DNA of 64,000 nucleotides from Gammaproteobacteria bacterium (GCA_024225395.1 JAAEMR010000044.1:8132-72131); one strand, 5' to 3'; shown: positions 49,506-59,483, counted from the first letter of the stretch. A program made the numbers and translations. The notes: generated by a model not told the origin, from the letters alone.

Positions 49506-50288
49506 TTATCTCAGGTTTATCCGGGTATTTGAAGGATTTAGCTCAACGGCCCCCTGTTTCAAGTCAGTAACCCATTCAACATCAAGTTCTTCGATCCCGT
49601 TAAATGCCTCGAATAGACCGGACATGTCGATATACTTTAACTGACTCGTTTTATTGCAATGGTACTGGATTGATACCTCAAAGTCAGCGTGTTCTGATGT
49701 TGGTTCGTCGTGATCATTATGCTGATCGTTATGATCCTCGTGCTGATCGTTGTGATCATTATGCTGATCGTCGTGATTCTCGTGCTGATCGTTGTGATCG
49801 TTGTGATCGTTGTGATCGTTGTGATCGTTGTGATCGTCGTGATCCTCGTGCTGATCGTTGTGATCGTCGTGATCCTCGTGCTGATCGTTGTGATCGTCGT
49901 GATCTTCGTGCTGATCGTTGTGGGCCATCTCTTCATCAGAATGGTTTGGTTGATGATTGATCAGTGAACTTTCTATATTGACTGGTTGTAATTTACATTC
50001 AGCAGCAATATCCAGACTCAACAGTTGATTAGCCTGTTTCAGTTGTTGAACAACATGTTGCAGAGTTTGTTTGTCTTTTGCATTGACGGCCTGGTGTTCA
50101 AAACCGGTTAAATTCATTGCTGGAGTATCCAGTTCAATGTCAAGATTTCCATTAGACCAGGCGAATTTTAGTTCAGCATGACCGTGTTGATGGGCATCAT
50201 GTTTGCGCTGATGAGTATCTGCAAAAGTTGCCGATGCGCCTGAAAGAAGTGATATCAGTAATAAAAATCTCATAGTTGATCCTGTCAA
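49506..50288 (-). CDS. Periplasmic His/Asp-rich metal-binding protein (ZrgA/DUF2796-like), probable zinc-binding
   Basis: Signal peptide. Central stretch of about 75 aa of (DHNDQHEDHD)n. Position between a Zur box and the ABC genes. Confidence 0.55.
   Translation of the reverse strand: MTGSTMRFLLLISLLSGASATFADTHQRKHDAHQHGHAELKFAWSNGNLDIELDTPAMNLTGFEHQAVNAKDKQTLQHVVQQLKQANQLLSLDIAAECKLQPVNIESSLINHQPNHSDEEMAHNDQHEDHDDHNDQHEDHDDHNDQHEDHDDHNDHNDHNDHNDHNDQHENHDDQHNDHNDQHEDHNDQHNDHDEPTSEHADFEVSIQYHCNKTSQLKYIDMSGLFEAFNGIEELDVEWVTDLKQGAVELNPSNTRINLR
49690..49925 (+). repeat. Tandem 9-bp and 30-bp imperfect repeats inside the His-rich protein CDS
   Basis: (GATCGTTGT)n and roughly 30-bp TCGTGCTGATCGTTGTGATCGTCGTGATCC units encode the HND/HEDHDD repeats. 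Seen directly in the sequence. Confidence 0.6.
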
Positions 50289-50353
50289 AATTAACTCGTG
50301 TTTATGTAAATGCCTAAAAATTGGCTGCTTCTGGAAGTGGCCAGTCAGCGCAT

Positions 50354-50372
50354 AATGTTACAATGTAACATT
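50354..50372 (+). promoter_or_regulatory. Zur box (Fur-family operator) upstream of the zrgA-like operon
   Basis: Perfect palindrome AATGTTACA-A-TGTAACATT, close to the gammaproteobacterial Zur consensus (AAATGTTATAWTATAACATTT). It lies between the zur-like gene and the His-rich protein gene. Confidence 0.6.
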
Positions 50373-50440
50373 AGGCAGGTCTAGCCTCGTTTGCCAATAA
50401 GTCACATATAAGTTGATTAAAGTTTTACCTGAAGGAAATA

Positions 50441-50908
50441 TTAACCAATGCAGTCATCACATAGGCAATCCAGTTCTATTTGAGTGTTTATCATCTTATA
50501 ACCGGCACTGCTAACCTGGCTTGAGAGCTGTTCGATGATGGTTTTTTGAACGGCGATTTCCTTAACTTTATGACAGCCTCTGCATATCAAAAACTGAGGT
50601 ACTTCATGATCATGCTTACAGGTTATATGAGAACAGGCTACAAACTTGTTTTCCAGGCTGAGTTTATGAACCAATTGCTCAGCCTGTAAAAATTCCAGAA
50701 TGCGGTAGGCTGACATGGGTTGAATCTGCTGTGACGCATGTTCGTTGTATAACTCAACTATATTGTATGCGGAGAGCGGTATTTCTGAGTTGATTAACAG
50801 CTCAAGAATATGAGCACGCTTTGCAGTAAGTCGGCTACCGGATTGAGTACACTTTTTGTCTGCCTGTTTAAGTATTTTTGCAGTATTTCTGCTAGCCATC
50901 AGTTGCAC
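50441..50908 (-). CDS. zur: Fur-family transcriptional regulator, probable Zur
   Basis: 155 aa. Winged-helix N-terminus and C-terminal CxxC…CxxC metal sites (CRGCHKV…CDDC). Adjacent to a Zur box and a zinc-uptake-like operon. Confidence 0.7.
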   Translation of the reverse strand: MQLMASRNTAKILKQADKKCTQSGSRLTAKRAHILELLINSEIPLSAYNIVELYNEHASQQIQPMSAYRILEFLQAEQLVHKLSLENKFVACSHITCKHDHEVPQFLICRGCHKVKEIAVQKTIIEQLSSQVSSAGYKMINTQIELDCLCDDCIG

Positions 50909-51274
50909 ACCATAAATTTATTGACATTAATACTAACAATATACTTTGTGAAATCGGCTTGTCTCAAAAATATATATACACTCTGTACTGGTAGACGGAT
51001 AACAGCCTGATCCAGGACATAATACATTAACCTGCCGAACCTCGGGCATAAATGAAAAATAAGGAAGAGAAATAAAAGGGGATGATACCAATGCCGTTAA
51101 GTTAAGATAGCCCGAAATTAGGTGGTCAAAATGACTATGCCACATAGTATGTTCACCTTACATTTGATCCTCCTCTCATTGATAAATTTCTTATTTTGAG
51201 AGCATAAGCATATCATGTCCTAAAAAATGTTTTGTAGCCAGTTTACATTCCCAAAATTTGACTCTTCATTTGGA

Positions 51275-51405
51275 GTTGGCTTCCTTAATTCCTGGTTTCT
51301 CCATACCTGTCAAAGGAAGAGCTAAGGCCTTCTGATTACAGTTTAAACACCGAATATGTCAACAATTACTGTCAGGCTTAATCATGGAAGTAGCTGCCAT
51401 TGCTG
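51275..51405 (+). repeat. Partial copy (3' half) of the interspersed repeat family
   Basis: …CTGGTTTCTCCATACCTGTCAAAGGAAG…GTTTAAACACCGAAT…TCAGGCTTAATCATGGAAGTAGC parallels the 3' half of copy C, including TCAGGCTTAATCATGGACTAATGAG. Confidence 0.4.
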
Positions 51406-51608
51406 TTTATCCATATATGACCAGTTTTGGTATTCAGGCTTTAGATGCTCGAAATCTTGTAAAACGAGATCGCTTTTCCAGCACTGGACATTTAAAGAGA
51501 ACCCAAAGGTCTCAACCTGGTACTTCATACGAAACATTTCAGAATTGAATCTGCATTGTGTGCTGCTGGCACTCATACACCAGAATCGATATTCTCCCTG
51601 TAAAGACT

Positions 51609-52526
51609 TTAAAGAAATGCCTTGATATGCGCTTCTACGCTACGTGCTAAAGCCCGCAGGTCATAACCACCCTCCAGACAGGATACTATTCGATTATTTG
51701 CACTCATCGTTGCCAGTTGGCTCAATTGCCGGGTAATCCATTCGTAGTCGGCTTCGAGTAAATTAAAATGTGCCATGTCATCTTCACGGTGCCCATCGAA
51801 GCCGGCAGAAATCATAATCAACTCAGGCTGGAAAACTTCAATGCGAGGTATCCAGGCATGGTATACCGCTTCACGAAAGGCTTCTCCATCGGTTAAACGA
51901 GGCAATGGAAGGTTAATGATATTGGGTTTATCTGTGCTGAAATGACTGCCTGGATAAAAGGGATGTTGAAAGCTGGAGCAGAACAGGATGCGTTCATCAT
52001 CCTCTACGATGTCTTCGGTGCCATTGCCATGATGAACATCAAAATCGATTATGGCGACACGTTTTAGACCGTATTTATTGATTGCATGGTAAGCACCTAT
52101 TGCGACATTATTAAAGATACAGAATCCCATGGCACGATGGCGTTCTGCATGATGGCCGGGAGGACGAACCGAACAGAAAACCTGTGAGGCCTTGTCTTCC
52201 ATCACCAGGTCAACTCCTAACACCGCTGCCCCTGCCGCGTGTAAAGCGGCTTCTAAAGAGTATGGATTCATTGCTGTGTCGCCATCCAGCCAGACCAGCC
52301 CTTCAGTGGGTGTTTTTTCATAAATCATATCGATATAGGCTTCATCGTGTACCGCCAATAATTGCTCTCGGGTAGCTTGCGGGGCATCATAATGGATCAG
52401 CACCATGTCCAATCCGGAAGCGATTAAACGGTTGTTAATGGCATCCAGTCTACCCGGTTCTTCAGGGTGATGATCCCCCATCTGATGCTTTCTACAGGAC
52501 GCATCAGAAATTAATGCAATTGTCAT
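51609..52526 (-). CDS. Histone deacetylase-family (Zn-dependent) protein/acetoin or acetylpolyamine deacetylase-like
   Basis: HDAC signature region (…SVRPPGHHAE…AIIDFDVHHGNGT…). 305 aa. Confidence 0.85.
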   Translation of the reverse strand: MTIALISDASCRKHQMGDHHPEEPGRLDAINNRLIASGLDMVLIHYDAPQATREQLLAVHDEAYIDMIYEKTPTEGLVWLDGDTAMNPYSLEAALHAAGAAVLGVDLVMEDKASQVFCSVRPPGHHAERHRAMGFCIFNNVAIGAYHAINKYGLKRVAIIDFDVHHGNGTEDIVEDDERILFCSSFQHPFYPGSHFSTDKPNIINLPLPRLTDGEAFREAVYHAWIPRIEVFQPELIMISAGFDGHREDDMAHFNLLEADYEWITRQLSQLATMSANNRIVSCLEGGYDLRALARSVEAHIKAFL

Positions 52527-52657
52527 AAAAATTCTCTGTAAAACTGTATAAGTGTTCTATATTCAATGTAGTGCAACAAAATTATTGAAGCGGGTCAGTC
52601 TTATTCTACCTGGCCATTTGTTTTCTGCTCCCAATAATTTTTCTCTCTGGAAATGCC

Positions 52658-55339
52658 ATGAAAGACCATTATCTGAAACCCATCTTTGAGCCCAGTTCAG
52701 TAGCTGTTATCGGAGCCTCTGAACGTGAATCATCTGTCGGTGAACAAGTATTACGTAATATACGCGAAGGTGGTTTCACAGGCGAGATCTATCCGGTTAA
52801 TCCGAAACATAAAACTGTGCAGGGACTGAAATGTTATTCTTCTTTAAATGACATTGATCACCCCGTTGATCTGGTTGTTTTTGCCATACCCTCAAAACAT
52901 ATACCTAAAGTCATGCGCGAATGCAGCCAACACGGTGTGCGCGGCGCTATCGTATTGTCAGCGGGATTTTCCGAAGTTGGTAAACATGGCGAAGTGCTAC
53001 AAAACGAGATTGTTGATACCGCAAAAACATTTAACATCCCGCTAATCGGGCCAAATTGTCTTGGCATCATACGCCCCAGAGTTGGATTAAACACCACGTT
53101 TGCCAAAAGTACCGCACGCAAAGGGCATGTTGCTCTTGTTGCCCAGTCAGGTGCTTTTTGCACTGCTTTGCTGGATTGGGCCGACAGTGAAGGGTATGGT
53201 TTTTCAGCGGTTGCTTCGTTAGGAGCCACTGCCGATATTGGTTTCGGGGATGTACTCGATTATCTCTCGGTAGACCCGGATACCCACAGCATTTTACTTT
53301 ATGTAGAAGGCATTTCGGATGCGCGTTCCTTTATCAGTGGTTTGCGTGTGGCAGCTCGTTTGAAACCAGTGATCGTAGTAAAATCCGGGCGTAATGAAAT
53401 TGGTTCCAGAGCAGCTGTATCACACACGGCGGCACTGGTCGGTAACGACATGGTATTCGATGCTGCGATTCGTCGTGCCGGGGCGGTACGTGTCATAACG
53501 GTTGCACAATTGTTTTCGGCAGCGCAAACGCTGGCTTCCGGGACTCGCGTTGAAGGCCCACGCCTGGCCATCGTCACCAACGGCGGGGGGCCTGGTGTCA
53601 TGGCTGCCGATCGTATAGCCGATCTGCAGCTGCCTTTAGCCGAGCTATCAAAAGATAGTGTCGATAAACTTAGCAAGGTACTACCAGAACACTGGTCACA
53701 CAGTGATCCGGTCGATATTCTGGGTGATGCCGATGCAGTTCGCTACGAAGAAGCGAGCAGAATTGTGTTGGCTGATAAAAATGTGGATGGGCTACTGGTG
53801 TTATTAACTCCACAGGGAATGACAGACCCGGCAGCCTGTGCGCAGGGTGTGATTAGAGCTGCCAGGAAATCCACTAAACCGGTACTCGCCTGCTGGATGG
53901 GTGAAAAGCTGGTTGAAAAGGGAAGACACCTGCTTTCGAAAGCAGGCATACCCCAGTTCCGAAGCCCGGAAGCCGGAGTGGATGCATTCGGGTATCTGGC
54001 CGGGTATAGACGCAGCCAGAAAGCGTTGTTGCAAACGCCTCCTCCTTTAACCAGGCTCAGGGAACCGGATGTCGAAGGTGCCAGAATGATCATTGAAAAT
54101 GCCTTTGATGAACGGCGTTATACATTGAGTAATACCGAATCAAAAGCGGTATTAAAAGCGTTTCGCATTCCTGTATCACCCAGTGTCAATGTCAATTCTG
54201 CGGCTGACGCCCTGATAGCGGCTGAAAATCTGGGGTTACCGGTGGCGATGAAAATTAATTCTTCAGATATTACGCATAAATCGGATGCTGGAGGTGTGCG
54301 TCTGAATATACGGGAACCACGCACAGTACGAACTGCATTTCGTGAAATGATGAACAGTGTGGCATTGCATTCACCTGAGGCCAGCATTCAGGGTGTCACC
54401 ATTGAGCCGATGCTGGATCACCCTCATGCACGTGAGGTCATGATCGGTATTGTACAAGATCCGGTTTTTGGCCCGGTCATCAGTTTTGGTACCGGAGGTA
54501 CCGCGGTTGAAATTTTTGCAGACAATCAGGTGGCTCTGCCACCACTCAATGAGTATTTAAGTAAACAATTGATTGAAGGAACACGGTTATCGACTTTTTT
54601 GAAGAAATTTCGTAACTTGCCTGAAGCCAATATGCCGGAATTGATCAAAGTATTGCAACGCATCTCAGAAATTGCCTGTGAATTACCTGAGATTAATGAA
54701 CTCGATATCAATCCGTTGCTGGTAGATGAAAACGGGGTCATGGTCGTCGATGCCCGAATTGTGGTGAAAGAGCCTTCTACCACAACGTCACATTATGGTC
54801 ACATGTCAATTCATCCTTATCCTGCAGAGCTGGAAAGCATCTGGCAATTACCCGACGGAACCAATGTCACCATACGTCCCATTAGGCCGGAGGATGCAAC
54901 AAACGAACAGTCATTCATTAAAAATATGTCGGCTGAAAGCAAGTATTTCCGTTTCATGCAAAGCCTCGAACAACTCACACCAGTGATGCTGGCCCGTTTT
55001 ACCCAAATTGATTACGATCGAGAAATGGCCTTTATTGCCGAAATCAATGGAGGCACAGCTGATGCGCGTATCATTGCAGTGGTTCGATATGTCAGTAATC
55101 CTGATCACCATTCCTGTGAATTTGCATTGGTAGTTAGTGATGAATTTCAACGTAAAGGCATTGGTCGCCATCTGATGCAAAGATTGATGACTGTGGCACA
55201 TAATCGGGGATTAGAAGTGATGGAAGGTGAAGTGTTATCAACCAATAGCAAAATGTTGAAGTTGTTGGATCGTATTGGTTTTCGTACCGTTCACAGTACC
55301 GAGGAGCCGGAAGTGGTTCAGGTACGTCGTCATCTTTAA
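52658..55339 (+). CDS. Protein lysine acetyltransferase of the Pat/YfiQ type (CoA-binding, ADP-forming acyl-CoA synthetase-like and C-terminal GNAT domains)
   Basis: 893 aa. N-terminal CoA-binding and succinyl-CoA-ligase-like domains, an ATP-grasp region and a C-terminal GNAT domain (…EFQRKGIGRHLMQRL…). Confidence 0.8.
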   Translation: MKDHYLKPIFEPSSVAVIGASERESSVGEQVLRNIREGGFTGEIYPVNPKHKTVQGLKCYSSLNDIDHPVDLVVFAIPSKHIPKVMRECSQHGVRGAIVLSAGFSEVGKHGEVLQNEIVDTAKTFNIPLIGPNCLGIIRPRVGLNTTFAKSTARKGHVALVAQSGAFCTALLDWADSEGYGFSAVASLGATADIGFGDVLDYLSVDPDTHSILLYVEGISDARSFISGLRVAARLKPVIVVKSGRNEIGSRAAVSHTAALVGNDMVFDAAIRRAGAVRVITVAQLFSAAQTLASGTRVEGPRLAIVTNGGGPGVMAADRIADLQLPLAELSKDSVDKLSKVLPEHWSHSDPVDILGDADAVRYEEASRIVLADKNVDGLLVLLTPQGMTDPAACAQGVIRAARKSTKPVLACWMGEKLVEKGRHLLSKAGIPQFRSPEAGVDAFGYLAGYRRSQKALLQTPPPLTRLREPDVEGARMIIENAFDERRYTLSNTESKAVLKAFRIPVSPSVNVNSAADALIAAENLGLPVAMKINSSDITHKSDAGGVRLNIREPRTVRTAFREMMNSVALHSPEASIQGVTIEPMLDHPHAREVMIGIVQDPVFGPVISFGTGGTAVEIFADNQVALPPLNEYLSKQLIEGTRLSTFLKKFRNLPEANMPELIKVLQRISEIACELPEINELDINPLLVDENGVMVVDARIVVKEPSTTTSHYGHMSIHPYPAELESIWQLPDGTNVTIRPIRPEDATNEQSFIKNMSAESKYFRFMQSLEQLTPVMLARFTQIDYDREMAFIAEINGGTADARIIAVVRYVSNPDHHSCEFALVVSDEFQRKGIGRHLMQRLMTVAHNRGLEVMEGEVLSTNSKMLKLLDRIGFRTVHSTEEPEVVQVRRHL

Positions 55340-55947
55340 TAAGTCATTTTTTATTGTCAGTGAACAGTTCTCATTCCAAACAAATTGTCGACTGAAAGTG
55401 TTTTAGCGAAGTAGTAAGTACCAGTTTTTTAAGCTGTAAACTATTGCTTGTCCACAATGTATAACAATCGAGGATTCAGAAAATAGAGTTACTGCTGCTG
55501 TCTCAGCCAATATCCCTTGTGTTGCGATATGCACATCTTATGTTCAGACATCATGACTTAAGCAAGTCGATGAGAACATTAACGAAGTAAAACTATCGGT
55601 TACAGAAAATTATACACTTCACCCATGCTATAACAGGTTTATGTAAAATCAAAACATGCAACATAATTCTAACCTTGAAGTCAGTAAACCAGCTGTAGTT
55701 ATTCGTTAAAAACCTTTTACTTATAATATTAATCTCGGCCAAATATTATTTGTTGTTATAAGCGCCTATATAATTACTGGTTTACCGGCATTATAAGTCA
55801 AATGGCTATAAAAATAATTTAGCCATGCCATTAAAAAACTGTCACCATCTGCCGGTAGTCTGTCTACTTTAGCCGCAAGTTTTATCGTTGATGAACAGTT
55901 TAATCAGGCAGACGCTTTCATAATAAATAATATTGAGAGGATATAAC

Positions 55948-57012
55948 ATGATAAAAGCTCTACCTTACAAATTTCTAACCAGTCTGTTATTTACAAGCTT
56001 GTTATTGCTAAGTGCCAGTGTAGTGCAGGCTGCAAACTGTGCTCATCGTGGTGTACTGGATGATAAATTCTGCGATGAAAATAAAGATCTGGTGGCTGAT
56101 ACACCCAAAGACTCTTCTAAATGGAGAGATCCTAGTACGCTGGTTTTTACATATACTCCGGTGGAAGACCCTGCTGTTTATAAAGATGCATTTAGTGAGT
56201 TTCAGAAATATCTGACTGAAATCACAGGTAAGAGAGTGGTCTACTTTACCGTCCACTCGAATGCAGCCGAAGTTGAAGCCATGCGTTCCGGTCGTTTGCA
56301 TATTGCCGGTTTTTCAACCGGTCCTACTGGTTATGCGGTAAATCTTGCGGGTTATGTGCCAATAGCCGTTAAAGGTACCGAAGAATCTTTTCAGGGTTAT
56401 AACCTGATAATTGTGGTCAAAAAAGATAGTCCAATTAAAACGATCGCAGATTTAAAAGGTAAGTTGGTGGCCCATACATCGGCGTCATCTAATTCTGGTA
56501 ATCTAGCGCCCCGGGCTTTATTTCCAGATTCAGGAATTACTCCTGATAAAGATTACACGGTAAAGTATTCAGGTAAACATGATCAGTCCATTTTAGGTGT
56601 CATGACCGGCGACTACGATGCGGCACCTGTAGCATCGGATGTTTTCCATCGCATGGCTAACGCTGGTCGTATCAAAAAGGATGATTTCCGTATCATTTTC
56701 ACTAGCCCACGTTTTCCTACCTCTTCTTTTGGTTACGCTCATGACCTCAATCCGGATTTGGCCAGCAAAATTCAGTATGCATTTTCAACATTTCGCTTCA
56801 CCTCTAAAATGCAGGAAACCTTCGGTGGTGCAGACAGGTTTTTTCCTATAACTTATAAGAAAGACTGGAAAGTTATTCGCGACATTGCACATGCGACTGG
56901 AACAGCCTATACGAAAAAAGGATTGAAAAAACTGGCTGAGAAAGATGCTGCCAAAGCGGCCAAAAAGAAGGCAAAAAAACTGGCAGAAGAGGCAAAAAAG
57001 AAAATGAAATAG
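55948..57012 (+). CDS. phnD: Phosphonate ABC transporter substrate-binding protein (PhnD-like) with an unusual Lys/Ala-rich C-terminal tail
   Basis: Signal peptide. PhnD/SsuA-like fold region. ATG at 55948 with a GAGAGGA ribosome-binding site is preferred over the track's TTG at 55933. The tail reads KKGLKKLAEKDAAKAAKKKAKKLAEEAKKKMK. Confidence 0.7.
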   Translation: MIKALPYKFLTSLLFTSLLLLSASVVQAANCAHRGVLDDKFCDENKDLVADTPKDSSKWRDPSTLVFTYTPVEDPAVYKDAFSEFQKYLTEITGKRVVYFTVHSNAAEVEAMRSGRLHIAGFSTGPTGYAVNLAGYVPIAVKGTEESFQGYNLIIVVKKDSPIKTIADLKGKLVAHTSASSNSGNLAPRALFPDSGITPDKDYTVKYSGKHDQSILGVMTGDYDAAPVASDVFHRMANAGRIKKDDFRIIFTSPRFPTSSFGYAHDLNPDLASKIQYAFSTFRFTSKMQETFGGADRFFPITYKKDWKVIRDIAHATGTAYTKKGLKKLAEKDAAKAAKKKAKKLAEEAKKKMK

Positions 57013-57065
57013 CCGGCATAAAAGTTGGGTTTTAATGTGAAACTTTCCGTTTCACCATTTGTGAT

Positions 57066-57105
57066 TCGATCGTGCTACGCAAACTATCTGTAGCACGATC
57101 AACCT
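57066..57105 (+). terminator. Intergenic hairpin between phnD and phnC (partial terminator or mRNA-stabilising stem-loop)
   Basis: GATCGTGCTAC-gcaaactatct-GTAGCACGATC (11-bp perfect stem) followed by AACCTTTTAT. Coordinates are approximate. Confidence 0.4.
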
Positions 57106-57122
57106 TTTATGCAGGAAATTTT

Positions 57123-57890
57123 ATGACGACTAATCCCCCCTTTCTGGAAATAAAAGGGCTCAAAAAAGAATATGTAGCCGGTAAACCAATTCTTAAAGGG
57201 ATTGATTTAACAATTTCTGAACCCGGAATCATTGCCATTATCGGCCCCTCGGGAACCGGTAAAAGTACCTTGATACGTTGCATCAATCGCTTAATTGATT
57301 CTACCGAAGGACAGATCATTTTTGACGAATCCGATGTTTGCCAGGCCAAAGGCACTCTATTACGGCAATTACGGCGCCAGGTCGGTATGGTCTTTCAGGA
57401 ATATAATTTAGTCGAACGACTTAGTGTTATTGAAAATGTACTCACCGGACGCCTGGGATATATGTCTTCATGGCAAGCCTGGCGTAGAAATTTTAGTCAA
57501 AATGATATCAATACTGCCTTTGAATTGCTCGATGCAGTCGGCTTATCTGATCATGCTAAAAATCGCGCGGACAGTTTGTCAGGAGGGCAGCGTCAACGTG
57601 TTGGCATTGCACGCGCAGTTATGCAGCATCCTAAAATTTTACTGGCAGATGAACCAACATCTTCTTTAGATCCTAAAACGGCTGCCGAAATTATGGAGCT
57701 TCTGGCCAAATTTTCCAGACAAAAACACATACCGGCGCTGGTGAATATGCACGATGTCTCGCTGGCCAGAAAATTTGCCAAAAGAATCATCGGAATGGCA
57801 GAAGGTGTAATTGTTTATGATGGTGACGCGGATGGCATTACAGATGAAATCCTGAAACAGATATACGGGGGGGAGGAATGGCTGAACTAG
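57123..57890 (+). CDS. phnC: Phosphonate ABC transporter ATP-binding protein
   Basis: [15 protein letters not shown]…GPSGTGKST (Walker A), [14 protein letters not shown] (signature) and [12 protein letters not shown] (Walker B). ATG at 57123 preferred. Confidence 0.85.
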   Translation: MTTNPPFLEIKGLKKEYVAGKPILKGIDLTISEPGIIAIIGPSGTGKSTLIRCINRLIDSTEGQIIFDESDVCQAKGTLLRQLRRQVGMVFQEYNLVERLSVIENVLTGRLGYMSSWQAWRRNFSQNDINTAFELLDAVGLSDHAKNRADSLSGGQRQRVGIARAVMQHPKILLADEPTSSLDPKTAAEIMELLAKFSRQKHIPALVNMHDVSLARKFAKRIIGMAEGVIVYDGDADGITDEILKQIYGGEEWLN

Positions 57891-58681
57891 GCGTTACTCC
57901 TGTTAAAGACTATAAAAATCCGTTTAGCATAAACTGGTTAACCAGCGGGCTGTGGATTTTAGTTGCTGGTTATCTGCTTTATACCGTGCAATCCCTGGGG
58001 CTAAGCTGGACGCGCTTTAGTGAGGGGTTGCATCATGCCGGTACTTTACTGGATAGAATGTTTCCACCCAATTTCTCCCGTTGGGAATTATTGTTCAGTG
58101 GGTTGGCTGAGAGTCTGGAAATTGCGGTGATATCCAGTGTTGTGGGCATATTTTTCTCGTTGTTTTTTGGTTTATTTGCAGCACGTAATTTAATGTCGAA
58201 CCTGGTGACTGTCCCTGTACGTGGTTTTATTGCCGTATGTCGCTCCTTTCATCCTATTATTGTCGCAATTCTATTTGTAAAAAGCGTAGGATTTGGAGCT
58301 TTGGCTGGTATTCTTACCTTAATTATTGCGTCGATCGGTTTTATTGCAAAATTATTTGCAGAAGCCATCGAAGAAATCTCACTGAAACAGGTTGAAGCAA
58401 TACGTGCAACCGGTGCCAGCTTTACCAGCGTTATCCTGTTTTCAGTATTACCCCAGGTATTCTCACGTTTTATCGGTTTTTCTACTTACCAGCTGGATTC
58501 AAATTTACGTAACTCGACGATGGTTGGTATTGTCGGGGCAGGTGGTCTGGGTGGCACGCTCTTCTCAGCCTTTCAACGATTTGATTATGATTTTGTCTCG
58601 GCTATTTTAATCACCATAATTGCATTGATTCTATTCTGGGAATTTCTGTCCAATGTTGTCCGGAGTATTTTCAGTGAGTGA
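57878..58681 (+). CDS. phnE: Phosphonate ABC transporter permease
   Basis: 267 aa polytopic membrane protein with a PhnE-type EAA-like region (EAIRATGAS). Overlaps phnC by 13 bp. Confidence 0.8.
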   Translation: MAELGVTPVKDYKNPFSINWLTSGLWILVAGYLLYTVQSLGLSWTRFSEGLHHAGTLLDRMFPPNFSRWELLFSGLAESLEIAVISSVVGIFFSLFFGLFAARNLMSNLVTVPVRGFIAVCRSFHPIIVAILFVKSVGFGALAGILTLIIASIGFIAKLFAEAIEEISLKQVEAIRATGASFTSVILFSVLPQVFSRFIGFSTYQLDSNLRNSTMVGIVGAGGLGGTLFSAFQRFDYDFVSAILITIIALILFWEFLSNVVRSIFSE

Positions 58682-59483
58682 AACAGACAGTAAAATAGAT
58701 CACCACTGGCAACGCTTTACTCTAAAAAAGCAATTATCCCGCTATGCGGTCTATTTAAGCTTTTTAATAGCCTTGGTATTATCCATACGCACCGTGGAAG
58801 TCATACCAGAATTTTTTTATGATGCGCCAGAACAGATTGCAGATCTGTTTGCAAGAATGTGGCCAATAAGTTTTGAGTTTTATCAAATTTCGGTTCATGA
58901 AGCGATGATCGAAACTCTTAACATCGCTACTCTGGGTACATTGGTTACACTCATTTTTGCTGTACCTCTGGCATTTATGAATGCGTCTAACATCGTTGCC
59001 TCACCCTGGTCTCACTGGATCTCACGTTTTTTCCTGGTGTCATCACGTTCGATAAATTCGTTGATCTGGGCATTATTGTTTGTTGCTATATTTGGTCCCG
59101 GAGTCATTGCCGGTGTATTGGCAATTGCGTTTCGTTCAGTAGGGTTCATCGGAAAGCTGTTATCCGAAGCGATAGAAGAAATTAACATGGGATCGGTAGA
59201 AGCGTTACGGGCTACAGGTGCCCCCTGGGGAGCCGTATTACTGAAAGGATACTGGCCTCAGGTGAAACCGGCTTTTTTCAGTATAGTGCTGTTTCGATGG
59301 GATATAAATGTTAGAGAATCAGCGGTTTTAGGGCTTGTTGGTGCGGGCGGAATCGGTATCGTGCTGAATAATTCCATGAATCTGTTTGAGTGGCAACAGG
59401 TGGCTATGTCACTGTTAGCCATATTTGTCGTTGTGATAATGGCGGAGATTGTTGTCGTCAACATACGTAAGCGTTTAATCTGA
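58653..59483 (+). CDS. phnE: Phosphonate ABC transporter permease (second PhnE paralog)
   Basis: 276 aa. Paralogous to the preceding permease (EALRATGAP…). Overlapping start. Confidence 0.8.
   Translation: MLSGVFSVSETDSKIDHHWQRFTLKKQLSRYAVYLSFLIALVLSIRTVEVIPEFFYDAPEQIADLFARMWPISFEFYQISVHEAMIETLNIATLGTLVTLIFAVPLAFMNASNIVASPWSHWISRFFLVSSRSINSLIWALLFVAIFGPGVIAGVLAIAFRSVGFIGKLLSEAIEEINMGSVEALRATGAPWGAVLLKGYWPQVKPAFFSIVLFRWDINVRESAVLGLVGAGGIGIVLNNSMNLFEWQQVAMSLLAIFVVVIMAEIVVVNIRKRLI

Noticed and set aside
49690-49925. Short tandem repeats that might be mistaken for a CRISPR array
   Set aside because: The units are 9 and 30 bp and contiguous without unique spacers. They lie inside a coding region. 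There are no cas genes.
49637-49967. Two overlapping ORFs (99 and 85 aa) encoding Ile/Thr- and Val/Ile-rich peptides, plus the + strand ORF 49604..49960
   Set aside because: They lie in alternative frames of the tandem-repeat tract inside the His-rich protein gene. Low-complexity repeats generate open frames in all phases, so these are artefacts.
55340-55932. 590-bp AT-rich non-coding gap that might hide a small gene or sRNA
   Set aside because: No ORF of 60 aa or more, no recognisable RNA motif and no similarity to the repeat family. It is most simply a long promoter or leader for phnD, so I left it unannotated.
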